Shown: positions 1-13,484, numbered from the whole stretch's first letter. The stretch: DNA of 53,244 bases, filler included, from Jimgerdemannia flammicorona (GCA_003990765.1; 3 parts of 3 records of this genome joined end to end with filler, not necessarily neighbours in it); one strand, 5' to 3'. The notes: generated by a model from the letters alone, not told the origin. Made by a program: numbers and translations.

Positions 1-462
1 CCCCTTTGCTGTGTATACTATTTGTTCAACCCTGTACCATATCCTCGTTTCTTGCCAATTGTATCATCGATTTGTTAGTTCTTATTACCTGGCTTAATGA
101 TGTGGAACTTTTCTACTACATATATGGTTTGGGTTTGCGTGGGTTTCACGGCGAGTTAAGTGCAATAAATACTTATAGATTATCAAAGCTTAGTATGGGA
201 GGAGGGAGAGAGGGGGGGGGAAGGCGGAAGTGGGGCGGAGAAGGGGAGGGAGGGGGAAAGATTAATATACGGAAAAGACTGTAAAGGTGAAAAATACAAA
301 AAAAAAAAAAATACCCAAAGAAAAGGGAATTAAGATAAGGCATATAAAGGCTCGGCAAACGGCTATGATACAATCCCGAGTCCTCTCCAAAATCCAACCC
401 ATCTTTATATATCAACCTCCATTGAACCATCTCCAATTTCGACAAGCTGAATTCCACCATAT

Positions 463-2115
463 TCATCTAAACCCACGGTCCCTCCCGCGCTCGGGCTTGG
501 TGCACGAGTTCCGGTTTATAAACTTGGGCATCACGACCTTCTGGCCGACGATGCAGAACCAGTTGACGTGCGACTGCGTCTCGGGGTCGGCGAAGCGCGT
601 CACCAAGTTGGTGATGTATTCGACAAAGACGTTTTCGGGCATGCCCAAAGCGGCACCGACCACGTGGCGCGCCGAGTAGGACGCGCGCTCCCAGTCGTCT
701 AGCATTACGTGGCTGATCGGATCGGAGCCGCCTGGAAGAGGAGGAGGGAGGGGATAACGGTTGCAGGGTGGTTAGCGAGACGGAGGTGGGGGAGAGGGGG
801 GGGGGGTTAAAGTGCGTGTGTGGGACGAGAGAAAAAAAGACGTGGAAAACGAACCGAGCGGAATGCTGCGTTTGTCGTTCCTGAGGAAGGTAAAGCCCGC
901 GCGGGAAATCATTTGGGGGAGCTGGTGGACCACGCAGGGTTCTTGGCCCAGGGTGACCAATGTGCGGCGCACTAGGTTTGACCGAAGGCACAATGGGAAA
1001 TAGGTTTAAATGATAGTTAGGGAACAGCGATCAAAGGCAAATAGTCGATTTCAATTTCCCCGCTCACCCACCTGTACCCAGGTCCCTCTTCGCCTCTTGA
1101 TCCTTGGTGGAGAACCGCAAGTCCAGCTCCATTAGCTGCACAAAACCCCCTTTCTTCGTGACCCGGAACAACTCGTTGAGTACGCGGCTCCACTCGTTTA
1201 AGCGCAACGCCATAACGAAGCCACGCATATGGACGAGATCGAACGTATCGTCCTCAAAAGGGAGCCCGCGCAAGACGTCCACTGTCTGGAACTTCAAATT
1301 ATCGGGGCTGGAGGAATAAGGGAAGGTCGTAACAATGTCGATGGCGTAGCATTCGCTGGTTGGGAAGTCGTTGGCGATTTCCTGGATCGGCAAACACCCA
1401 GGGGAAGGTTAGAAAGACTGATGACTTGTGGAGATCCCCAGGAATAAACTTACCATGATCCAAGAGCCTAGGTGGGGGATTTCGACGCGGGCGGACAAAT
1501 ATAGGTAAGGAGGACGTTAGGGAATTGTGGAAGGTGCACCAGTTTGATTGCCGAAGGACTCTCACGTACCAGGACCGCAGCTATTTTGAGAAAGCAAAAA
1601 GAAATGGTGTCAGAGGCAACTTTCAATCATACTGATCAGATTGAAACCTATGGAAGATAGATAACATACCCAACATCAAGTATCTTTGCGCCGTCTTGAA
1701 TAGTATCTCGAACCACGGGCGACAGGTTGCTGAAAAGAGCGAAGAATGCCGTTGATGGGCCAAAGCCATACCGATGGCGTTGACAATTTAGCAAAAAAAA
1801 AAAAAAAAAAAAAAAAAAAGGAAATCGTACCCACCCATCGAACACCGTTTTCAGCATCAAATGTTGTTTATGGACTCGATCCGTTTCCGAATCGTTGGTG
1901 GGAAAGAAATAGGAGCTCTGTTCGTCAGAGAGAGTGTTCATCCATTCGAAGTCGCCTGGGTCTGATATCCCCTCAGAGTTCACCGACCCAGCAATCGACG
2001 TCAAGTTCGCGTCTCCAACAAAGTTGCCGTGCGATCCATTGTATCCGGTGTGCGCTTTGTTTTGGCTGAGGGTGGATTGCGACCCTTTCTTGACCTTGGA
2101 TACTGCTTGGCCCAT
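463..2115 (-). CDS. Class I SAM-dependent methyltransferase (fungal LaeA-like/Methyltransf_23/25 type), 7 exons, 353 aa
   Basis: Exons 2115-1835, 1729-1670, 1580-1570, 1467-1454, 1381-1072, 971-855 and 731-463 are all GT-AG and sum to 1062 nt in frame. The spliced protein reads MGQAVSK...YFFPTNDSETDRVHKQHLML...KILDVG/CGPG/SWIM/EIANDFP...AIDI...GLPFEDDTFDLVHMR...ELFRVTKKGGFVQLME, covering SAM motifs I, post-I, II and III. Confidence 0.9.
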
Positions 2116-4149
2116 GCAGTGCAATTCGCGGGAGTGAACGTGAAGGGGGAAGGGAGGGGAGGGAGTGGTGGCGAGAGGTGCTGGGAGGACGGACCAAGAA
2201 GTAGAAGGGCCGAGCGGCGCCGGCATATGATGTAATTTTTCTTCCACGGATGAGGTTGTACAATGTCACGACGATCTTTTCGTTTTGGTTTGGCGTTCTA
2301 CAAAATTTACGGAGCGGAGTTAGGCTATGGGCGGAACTCCCACCCACAGGTGCACGAGCCTGTATGGGAAATAAGGCAAGCTTTATTTTTATCTCATTTG
2401 AGTGCGCATTTATAAGAGGCAAAGCAGAATCTTGATTTCTGGCGGCTGCACCCTTGGAAATGACATGAGAAAACCTCGAGACTGCACACATATGAGATGA
2501 AATCCGGCCATCATAGATGGAGTTGGAATCTCCGACAATCAATTGAGCATGCCGGCATGCCGGGCTGTGGGTAGCCAACGGTGGTAGCTCAATATGAACA
2601 CCATATGACCCAACCGATGCAGGCTGAACCCTGGATAATTGATCGGAAGCATACAATCGTATTAGTGAAGAAATCCAATAAGGACTTTTCCAGAAGAAAA
2701 AGGCTGCATCTCGGATACCTATCAAATTCCTTAAGTCACTGGATCGATGAGGTCCATTAGAATCGCCACGTTTCTCCATTCCGCCCCAACTCAAAAAACG
2801 GCTAGGCCCCATGATCGAGTCCTACTACGATCCTCCTCAGTCTCTTCCTGGAGGACGGGTTTTTGTGAGACGTGAACCGCACATAGGTCAATAAGCCCGA
2901 CCACGCGCACCCTCCGTCGATCGGAGGTGTACCCAATCAGTCGGCTGGCATGGGCCGAGCTGGCCGACATTCCGATCGGATCCCACGCGTGATCGAGGGA
3001 TACCCTGGTCTGGTGGTTGGGCATCCCCGGATTATAAGGATCACCAACCAACAGGACTGTGAGCCACTGCAATTGATTTCACGCACCGCTTCCGATTTCA
3101 CGCACCGCTTCCGCGACACTGCTGCAGATACCTGCGATGGACGCCCCACTGCAGTGGTGGTGTCTCCTTGACGAAAACTGTATTCGCAAATACCTTTTCG
3201 CGTGGGCGCCAAGAAAAAAAAAAAAAAAAAAAAAGCGGAGATGATTCGAATTTTTTCAAGTTACGAGCCCAAACCCAGTGGCCCGAAATGTGGTGCAACA
3301 GGTTTCAGTTTGTGCTCAGGTACAAAATTTTTGTGCACGTTCGGGAGATTCTCCGCGACTTTTCGGGGTCCTAAACGGGGGGTCCCCTAAACGGGCAAAT
3401 AGACCCTGCCACATTTCTAAAAAAAAATATACGCTTCGACCAAGAAGCAATTGAGAAGGTTGACTTCAGGGAAAGTTGGAGTTTCAGATGCGCCAGTTGT
3501 ACTGTTGAGGAGCGCGATTTCCTCCCTTGGTCGGTTCCACTCACATAGCCGTTCCGATGTCAGCAACGTGGCTCTACAATATTCCGTCTCTCGCAGAAAC
3601 GTTTAATTTCCCGATGCTGTGGAACGCCGACTCTGTTTGTTTATTTACACAATCTCGATGGCAACATACGGTGGTGCAAGTTGCAATATGCACTAGTGTC
3701 AACAAATCGCGCGAGGGAATTTATCCCTTATGCTGTGCAATTGCCACCCACGTATTATAATACTTTGATAAGAGGGCCTGGCATAGCTGGCGTTATATTG
3801 AATGCTGATTGGCTAGGCTCTAACGTTAGCGGCAATCTTGCTTCAACCCCGCGTGTCCTCAAGTGGTTCCCGTCCGGTCCCGAAAGACCATCTCTCCATA
3901 TGCTCTATGACGGAAGTGTTGGTAGAAGGATGTAGCACCCGCGCGAGGAGAACCGGATGTCAAGCGGAGAATGACGAAACTCCGGAAGCCCGCCACATGG
4001 TGCAGATTAACGGGCGCAGTGTTACTGAAGTTTGGACAGTGGGATGCAGCCAGAGAAGTAAAGCTTAACCATATGATGTGCCTCGCAGGAATTTTATTTT
4101 TTTGTTTTGCCGAGAACGGGGTTCACTAAAGCGTCCACCGTCACACCAG

Positions 4150-4174
4150 AATTATTTTTAGAAATTGTCAATTT
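4150..4174. promoter_or_regulatory. 25-bp element with dyad AAATTG-T-CAATTT, copy 1
   Basis: AATTATTTTTAGAAATTGTCAATTT is identical to 17579-17603. It sits at the edge of CpG-rich DNA just before the AT-rich TE block. The regulatory role is inferred. Confidence 0.35.
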
Positions 4175-4744
4175 ACTGCTTGTCACGATTGGGGGATGGT
4201 TGAGAATTTAATTATGAAATGATTTATAAAAGTAATAAAACTATTCATCTTGAGCTGTAAATAACTAGCTAAAATAGAATACTTAGTATCAAAAAAAGAT
4301 AAAGAAGTTTTAATATATACTAAAGAGAATTTCTAAACATTTAGAAGATATTAGAACATTGTAGAATATTTAAGAAAAGATATAGAAAAACTAGAGAAAA
4401 GATATAAAAATAAACTATAACTAAGATATAACTAAAAAATTCTTATATAGCTAAGGAAATTTACTAATATAAAAGATAAAAACTACTTTTTCTAAATTAC
4501 TATACTTTTTATTATTAACTTTAATTATTTTATAAGTAGCTTCTAATAATATTAAATAATAATAATAATATAAGTAAGTAGTAAATAAATAAGTAAGTAG
4601 TAAAAGAGTAAATAAATAAATAGCAAATGAGTAAATAAATAATAAATGAGTAAGTAAGTAGTAAATAAAAAAAATTAGTAAGTAATAAATAAATAAATAA
4701 ATAGTAAATAAGTAAGTAAGTAAGTAATAAATAAAAAAAAATAG

Positions 4745-5950
4745 ATATTTCTTTCTCTACTATCTTATTAGTTACAAGATTTTATAGACAATCTTCTGAG
4801 TTCCTTTTCTATAACTTATATTTCCTCTATCTTAGATTGGTTTACTATATCTATTATAGAATAGTAGAAGAGAAACAATAATGATAAGTTGCCCCTTTAT
4901 CAGTATCAGATTGATATCTTTTCTACTTTTTTATAGTTTCTAATACCTCTGGCTATATCTGGGATATATCTGTTTTAGTATAGTATTTTCTTCCTTTTGC
5001 TATTATCAATAAGATATCATTGTAGTATATTATAAGCTATATAAGAAGTTGGCTAATCTTAGATATCAAGTATCAGTATAGATTACTTATAGATTATTAG
5101 TACTTGTGATAGAGCTCTCTAAACTTTAGCAAACTTCTTAGTAAGTATAGTTTTAGTATAGGTAACTATTTTTTTTGATAAAATTAGGTTAGGAGGAGAG
5201 ATGACTATTATAGATAGAAGAAAGAATAATAGTGATAAATTAGTTGAGTTTTAGGCTAGAGGTGGTCATCAGAATTGAGATAGATATTATATTAGTAGAG
5301 TCTTTTGATTGACTAGCAGGAGGTAAAACAGTATAGTGATCAGTATTCTAGCTATATCCAACTGGAACTAGAAGCTGACATAGTAATATAATTAAGGTCT
5401 ACAGGCTTAAAAAGTAGAATCTTCTTTATTTAGCAGTACTTAACTAGAACTGAGAGTTGATATAATAATGTAATTAAGGCCCACAGGCTTAGAGAGTAGG
5501 AGTGAGATCTTTTTAGACCTTAGTTTATATATCAGTTCTTTTGAGAAGATCTTATATATATATAAGTTCTTTACTCACTTGCTATGAATCTGTTCTACTT
5601 CTTATTGGTTAATTGGAGGGTTTTTCTTTTACTTCAGACTTTTATTTAAGATCAGAAGAGTTATATTATTCAGTCTCAGTATTATTAAATCTGATATATA
5701 GGTATGCTCTTACAATCTTAGGCTGATGATCTAACTCTGATAAACAGATAAGTCTGGTCTATATATTATTAAATAAAGTATATAGTATTATCTTTATATA
5801 GCTAAGATAGTGAAACTATTAGTTTTCTCTATAGTCTAAGGATAATGAGAGGATAGTACTCAGGAGAGATAATGGGAGAGAGTTTTGGCCTATATATGTA
5901 GTTTAGGGTTTCTTTTAATAAAAATCTATGAAAACTTGATCTTATTAAAT
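4745..5950 (+). mobile_element. Degenerate 3' fragment of an L1/Tx1-like LINE with (TAA/TAAA)n tail
   Basis: 5700-5945 is similar to the reverse complement of 12335-12570, e.g. AAAATCTATGAAAACTTG versus AAAATCTGTGAAACTCTG. It is followed by a TAA-rich tail at ~5946-6070. Confidence 0.6.
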
Positions 5951-6074
5951 AATAATAATAATAATAATATAATAATAATAATAATAAATAAATAAATAAA
6001 AATAAGTAAGTAAAAAATAAGTAAATATATAAGTAATAAATAAATAAGTAAGTAATAAATAAATAAATAAGAAA

Positions 6075-7120
6075 AATCTTCTCAGTCTTACTTTACTATA
6101 TATTAGAAAAATATATTAATAATAGTATAAGCATATAACCTCCAAGCTACTAAAATCACATATCACTCTTAGAATAAATTCAGAAATTTATACAAGATTA
6201 TAAAGCTGAGTTAAACTGAAGTCACAGAGTATAAAGCTGAGTCAACTTGAAGTTATAAAATATAAGATTTATATAAACAGAACCTTATCAATCAGAACTG
6301 AATATATATACTGAGTACTTAGATATATTGAAATAGAGAACTATAACAAACTAAACAAATAATCACAACTCTTGAATATAAATACAAATATAATCACTAA
6401 GATCTATAACCACATCTATACTGATATTTGGAATATCATTATTAACTGAGCTATATCTCTCCTGCTCCTTATGAATATCTATAGTCTAGTACCTCTCTAC
6501 TTCATAGAAGTCTAATAAAATGCCCTAAACATACTTAGCAAAGTCTACTAAATTAGACAAATCTCAAGCTACTATCAGATCAGCTATCTTCTAGAAGATA
6601 TGGTTGAACACTACTATGATATAGATATTACTTAGATGTCTCAATACCAGAAGCTTATCATCTGTAAATACTAAGAACTCTTTTATAAGTATAGCATCTT
6701 TATTCTCTATCTCTGAGTTACTACTACCAAAATGATTACCACTCTGTTCTATGGCCAAATCAATAATATGATATAAGAACTCAATCATAAGTATATTGAG
6801 TATATATATTCAAACTACAGACAGAACCTTTCCATACCCTAATGATTATATTCTGTAAATATCCTAAGTTGGATATACTATAAAGGATATCTATAATATA
6901 ATCTAGTTCAATAATAATAAAGCAGAAGATAATGATCTCTCTGATGCTGATATGACCTTCAGCCAAGGATTCCTGCTAGTCCTGATCACTCCACCAACCT
7001 TGCCAATAAACTTATAATAGTTCATAACTACTATCTTTCTCTGCTAACATTCACATAATACAAATCTTGAAACATACTTTTAAATTATTTATCAGAGAAA
7101 GTTATTAAGGACATAGCAAT
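6075..7120 (-). mobile_element. Heavily mutated TE coding remnant, possibly LINE ORF2 C-terminal region
   Basis: CpG-free, stop-riddled W/G-rich minus-strand translation. No diagnostic motif could be read with confidence. Confidence 0.3.
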
Positions 7121-7343
7121 AAATAAGTAAACTGACATATATATTATAGATAAATAAAAAATTAGTAGTATAATTATCTTACTTTATAGAATCTGACTTA
7201 CTCTTTAATTATAATTTATATTTATACTTCTATTTTCAAATACTCTATTATTAGATATCTTTAATAATAAAATATAGTTTTAAAAATTAAATAATATTAT
7301 AGAGAATATAAAAGAATAATTATAAATTTTAATAAGTATTAAC

Positions 7344-7613
7344 TAGTACTCCCAATAATTTGAATTGAAGGTCTAATTCAATTTAAACTCTATTTTTCAA
7401 AATATAATAACTTAACAAACATATATTCAAATTTAATAATTTTTAGCTTATTAGATTTCTCTATATAAGATAAATATAATAAGCTATAGATAATTAAATT
7501 TGAATATATTTTCATTAAGTTATTATATTTCTAAAAATAAGGTTTAATTTGGACTCTCAATTTAATTTAAATTCAATTTAATTTAAATTAATTCAATTTA
7601 TTTAGAAGCACTA
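7344..7613. mobile_element. hAT-derived MITE (270 bp)
   Basis: Ends TAGTACTCCCAA...TTAGAAGCACTA are a mutated form of the hAT TIR TAGTGCTCCGAA seen at 41326, 47843 and 18029. The 8-bp TSD is GTATTAAC (7336-7343) / ATATTAAC (7614-7621). The interior is a long inverted repeat. Confidence 0.75.
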
Positions 7614-8041
7614 ATATTAACTTTACTTATATATGTATTATATTAAGTAATACTATAATATAACTCAGTTAGTTAAAATAAAAAAGAGAAAAGTAAAAAT
7701 TTATTACTATATATTAAAATATTATTCAGTTAAGTATATTAGAAGAAAAAATATATATTTAAATAAAATAAAGTAAATAAATATTTTTATTTTATTTATT
7801 ATATATATTATATATTATCTTATTTATATTAGTAATATAGCTTTAGAATTAATAAATTATTTTTTAAAAAAAAGTTAAATAAATAATTTAATATTTTTTA
7901 AACTTTAAACTTAATATACTAATACTAATATTATACTATAAGTTATTTGTTTTATATTAAATATATAATTTTATAATAAATCTAAATATATATAATTAAT
8001 AAAATATATAAGCTTTAGTTATTAGTAATATATATAGATAT

Positions 8042-8406
8042 TGTAATATAGTAGATATATTAATAAAAGTATAGTAGATTTTTTTTATCTTAAATACTTA
8101 ATCTTCTTTAATTTCTCAAAGTCCTCAGATATAGGAGTAAGTAAGTTTGAAGTATATCTATCTATAAGCTTACTAGTTTCTTATCTTTTTATTTAAACTA
8201 GGAATATTTATACAAGTTTACTAGCTATATAGTAGCTAAGTTAAGACTTCTTTTCCTATAAGTCATTTTATATAGTTGAGAGATTAGTATATCTATAAAA
8301 TATATATATATAGCTAAGAGATCTGTACATCTGTACTTTTTGTATAATTATATAAATTATATAACTGAGAGATCAAGTAACTACTAAACTATAATACTAT
8401 ACTATA
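8042..8406 (-). repeat. 3' LTR of Gypsy element 8042-15241
   Basis: TGTAATATAGTAGATAT...CTATAATACTATACTATA aligns with 14634-15241. The ends are approximate. Confidence 0.75.
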
Positions 8407-11400
8407 TAATCTCTATATCTTAGCATCTAAGTATTTCTATACTATATCTTTATTAAATAACAGGATTCCTTCAGAACTTTCTTTTCCAAATAGTAATTCT
8501 TAAGAGATAAAATGAGTATTTTGTAATTATATATCTCTAAGAGCAGATAATACTATTGGTAAATAGTAGTCTCAATTTTTGTAGTTATTATAAATCTTGG
8601 TAATAATGTTCTTGAGTATCTTATTGGTTCTTTCAGTCTGTCCATTTCTCTTAGATAATAAGCTATAGTTTGAATATAGTGAATCTTATACTTCTTATAG
8701 AATCTTGAGGAGCTAATTTATAAATTCTGTTTCTCTATCTATTGTTACTTACTTTGGAGTCTTGAATTAGTAGATGATTTTTCTGTAGAAGAAATCAGTA
8801 ATTAACTATGTATTAGCTACTTTGAGAGATCTTACTACTATCTATTTTATAAAAAGATCTATAATAACAATAATATATCTATTGTCAAATTAATGTTAAG
8901 AGTAGTAGACTAATTATATCTATTATAATATGAGCAAATATATAGTACTAGTTTTATATCTGCTAATCTCAGTATCTAGTTTTACTAATTTTGTTTTTAT
9001 TTTTGATATTTGTTATAGATCTTGACAAATTATCTAATATCTTTCTCTATTCTAGATCACTATATTGTTCTTTTTACCTTATTATATATATTTATTCCTT
9101 CTAGATAACTGAGTTTATATATTGATTTTATTGCTTATTCTTTCTTATACTCTGGTATAATTAGTAGTTTTTTTTTCTTTAGTATTTCTCTATTAGTTTT
9201 GAATTATTTCCAGATTCTATTAATAATTATTTATATTCATTCTTTCAGATATGTATTAGGGTATTTTTTACTTTCTCAGATAGATAATAAATCTGTAATA
9301 AAGTTTCTTATTTATTTTGATTTTACTAGTTGTAGATTCTTTGAAATATCTATAAGAGTATATTTATATTAATATTAGTTCTTTTTGGACAATATATGAT
9401 AGTTATATTATAGGCTTATAGTTTTATAATTTATCTAGTAAATATTTCTTTAAATTGACTAGTAGTCAATAACTAAATAAGAGCTAAATAATTAGTTAAG
9501 ATAGTAAAATATCTTCTGATAAGATAGTAGTAGAACTTTTCTATAGTTCAGATAACTGCAAGATACTGTAGCTTGTAGGATTCATATTCTCTTTCTCTTC
9601 TATGAATTTCTTAGCTGAGATATATAATTATATATTCAACCTTATTTTTTTTTATATAAGAATAGCTCTTAGTTCAATTGAGCTTATATCTGTCTGCAGA
9701 ATGAACTCTTGAAATCAGTCAGATCTTCTCAAGATAGATATCTGAGTCAAATAGACCTTGAGATATTTGAATGTTTATTATTGTCTATCAGTCTATTAGA
9801 ACTTAGTATATTTCTTAAACAATTTATAGATAGAATCTGTAATATTGAAGAATTTTTTAATAAATCTCCTATAATAGATAGTGAGTCCTATAAAGACTTA
9901 AGCTTTAGTAACTATGGTAGATCTTGGATAGGCTTCAACTACTTGAATCTTGATAAGATCTGTATAGGTTTTATTTTGATTGATAATATGTCTGAGATAG
10001 GAGATCTCAATTTTGCTAAACTTATAATTCTTTGGCTTTATGAATAGGCTATGATATCTTAGTTTCTGTAGGATTTAGTAAATATGATTTAGATGCTTCT
10101 TAGCTATCTTACTATAAATAACTATATTATATATATAGATCATTATTCATTTTCCTATATCTTCTCAGAAGATCTTATTTATTATTCTTTAGAAACTTAC
10201 TTAGATATTACACATTCTGAATAGTATTTATAAGTAGACATATATTCTATCTAGAGTGATAAAGGCTGACTTTTTACTGACTTTTCTAGTAAGACTAATT
10301 TGATAGAATTCTGAGTATAAATTCAAGATAGTGTATTAATTGTGCTTTATCTCCTAGTATCACTAAAATATCACTAATGAGGGGCAGTAGTTTTCAATCT
10401 TTTTTAGTAACTTTATTTAGTTTTTTATAGTCTATACAGAGCTTTAAAACAAATTCTCCTAGCTTGCTTTCTTTTGTTGAGGCTAGTGTAATTAGTGAGA
10501 ACTAGAGGCCAATAGCTTCTTTAATGATATTAGCTTCTTCTATCTACTTAATTTCCTCTCTGAGTCATTCATGATATACTAGTGAAATTGGTCTTACTCT
10601 TTGATAGATTGGCTCAGTATCTTTTATATTTATATCATAATAGTAATATGATATCTTTATTTTGATATTCTTGAAATTAGTAATAAGAATATTCTCAAAT
10701 TTATATAGTAGCTTCTTGAGTTCCTTTTTGAATAAAAATTTATTTTCAATAATATATATAGCTATACTTGTCTATGATTTTCTCTTTCTTATAGTCTAAT
10801 TTAGTAATCTTGATATTGATAAAAATTCTACTTCCTGTAGATCCAAATTCTCTCCTTTCTCTTTTTATTTTCTCTAGTTTCTTGACTTCTAAAATCTTAA
10901 GTTATAGTACTAGAAAGATTAGAATTTATAAAAGTCAATTCTTCTTTTTGATTATAAATGAAATTATAGAGTTGTAGTTTCTAGTAATGAGTAAGATTTC
11001 TCTAATACATATAATCAGAATTGATGACTCCTCTTTCAATTGAAATTTTACTCTTGACTAGACTGCTTCTTGTCTTAAGTATTCTGATATAGTTCTTAGG
11101 AATAGTTATCTCTAGTCTAGTTATAAATAGAGTTGTTATCTAAGATTTGAGAATTGTCTTCTTAACTGTGGTAATATCTATTCTAGCTATGTATATTTTC
11201 TAACTTATATTCTGGTAGAACTATATTAGAATGAATTCTTCAAATCTTAACTTTGATTTTATTTTATTTTATTTTATTTTATTCTTTTAAGTACTAGGTC
11301 TCTTTATTTATTAATATAATAAGTATATAGTTCTTATATCACATCAGTAGCTTTAACCCAATCTATCCACTACTCTTCTCATATATATATTTCTTCTACC

Positions 11401-12274
11401 AGATATCAATAGTAATCTCTCTGAGGACCCTACTCCCTCTACTAGTTAAACAGAATATCTATTATCAGTCTCTCCCATTTTATCACCTTTTACCCTAATA
11501 TCATCTGTTTTCTATTCTCAAATATATATATATAGCTAGTATTCAGCTAACTCTATCTTAATTTCTTCTTTATATTACTATTCTCTAGAAGAGCTGGTTT
11601 TTTATCCTTCTAATCTTTCTTTTTTTGCTACTTTTGACTTTTTTTCTTCTCTTTATAATAAATCTTATAAATCTTAATAATATATTAGTAACACTCATTT
11701 ATATACTTTTATATAGTATATTTAAATTCTATAAAAATATACTTCTTGTGAAGTATATTCTTCAGTAATTTTCTTGTATTAGTTTTCTTTATTGATCTAT
11801 CTAATCTTCTTCTTCTTCTTTTGAGTAGTTATTATATAGACTTCTTCTTGCTTACTATCTTCTTTCTCTATCTCAGAGAGTACTTTTTTGTTAATATTGA
11901 TAAAAATTCACATCTTTTATTCTCAGTAGACAATCTATATTTTCTGAAAGTTTATATCAATTATAGCCTTAGTCTTATAAAGTCACTGATTACTGATAAT
12001 GATATATATTATAGTTAATAGTATTTATAATAATCATACCTACTAGAATAGTTGCTTCTCTAAACTTAATAGAAATAATCTGAATCTTTCTTAGAAGTAT
12101 AGCTCTTATACTATTTACTATAATAAATACTAATTTCATAGTTTTTTCAATTTCCCAATCTAGACAGTCTATAGCTTTCTTATTAAAGAGATATTCTTCT
12201 ACTTCTATATCAATAATGACTTCAAAGATCCTATCCTTGATCTGATAGATAGTATAGACAGAGATCTTGTAATT

Positions 12275-12280
12275 ATCTTT

Positions 12281-12339
<59 letters not shown>

Positions 12340-13484
12340 CTCAGAGTTTCACAGATTTTATTAGAAGAGAACCTAGACTATATAGACCAAAACCCTCTTC
12401 TACTATCTATCAGATATTACTCTCTCATTAATCTAGGCTACTAAATTGTCCTATAGTTATACTATTCTTACTATATATATGTATTAGATATACTGATCCC
12501 TACTATATAGACTAGATTTGTCTGTTTATCAGAGCTAGATCATCATGACTATATGTGAGAGTACATCTACACATTGGATCTAGTAATACTGGGACTGAAT
12601 AAAGAATAGCCTCTCAAATCCCAAACAAAGATCTGAGGTAAAGAAAAACCCCCCAACCAGCCAATAGAAGACAAAATAGATTCAGAGTAGATGAGTAAAG
12701 GACTAATATGCAGGACCCTCTCAAAAGGACTGATATATGGACTAAGGCTTGAAAAAGCTCTATTTCTACTCTCTGAGCCTATAGACCTCAATCACATTAC
12801 TATATCAGCTCTCAGTTCTAGTCAGATACTACCAAATAAGAGAGGTCCCACTCTCTAAGCCTGCAGGCCTCAATTTTATTACTATGTCAGCTCTCAGTTC
12901 TAGTTAGGTATAGCCAGAATACTGGCCCCTATACTATTCCACCCTGTCAGCTAATCAAAAGGCTCTACTGAGATAATATCTGTCTCAATCTCATTAACTG
13001 CTCTCAGTCTAGTATCCTACTGGTCTACTATTATTGCCCTTTCATCTATCTATAATGGACATCTCCTCTCTCATCCCAACTCTACCTAAAAAACAGTTAT
13101 CTATGCCAGAACTATACTTACCAGGAAGCTTACCAAAGCTCAGAGAGCCCCACTATAGGTACTAAGGACTTACAGATAATCTACACTGGTACATGATACC
13201 TAAGGTCAGCTGACTCTATATATATATAGCCCATGATCTATCAGACAATACCTTATTGATGACAGCAAAAGAAAGAAAGTATTACACCAAAACAAGTATA
13301 CTATAGACATAGCTGAAGGTATTAGAAACAATAAAAAAAATATAGAAGATACTAATCTGATACTGATAAAGAGACAACTCAATATTATTGCCTCTCTTCC
13401 ACTATACTCTTGTAGGTACAGCAAATCAACCCAAGATAGAGAGAGTAATAATAGGAGAAAGAAGACTTGGAAAGTTATCTACCA
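12275..13484 (-). mobile_element. 5'-truncated L1/Tx1-like LINE with 49-nt poly(A) tail, nested in the Gypsy element
   Basis: Pure T run at 12286-12334 and a minus-strand ORF2 C-terminal-like remnant. Probable degraded TSD GATCTTGTAATT (~12263-12274) / AATCTTATAACT (~13485-13496). Confidence 0.7.

Noticed and set aside
1973..2812. 279-aa minus-strand ORF and upstream extension of ORF 1648..2247
   Set aside because: Non-ATG starts, no recognisable domain, and overlap with the methyltransferase 5' region. The ATG at 2115 gives a coherent spliced gene.
3950..3990. Hammerhead-ribozyme-like GATGTC...GACGAAAC
   Set aside because: The CUGANGA core is not intact, and stems I/III with a cleavage triplet could not be built.
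3380..4130. Possible RNase MRP/P or telomerase RNA (GAGAACGGGGTTCACT near 4112)
   Set aside because: No matching CR-I (GAAAGUCCCC-like) partner for P4 and no telomeric template were found.
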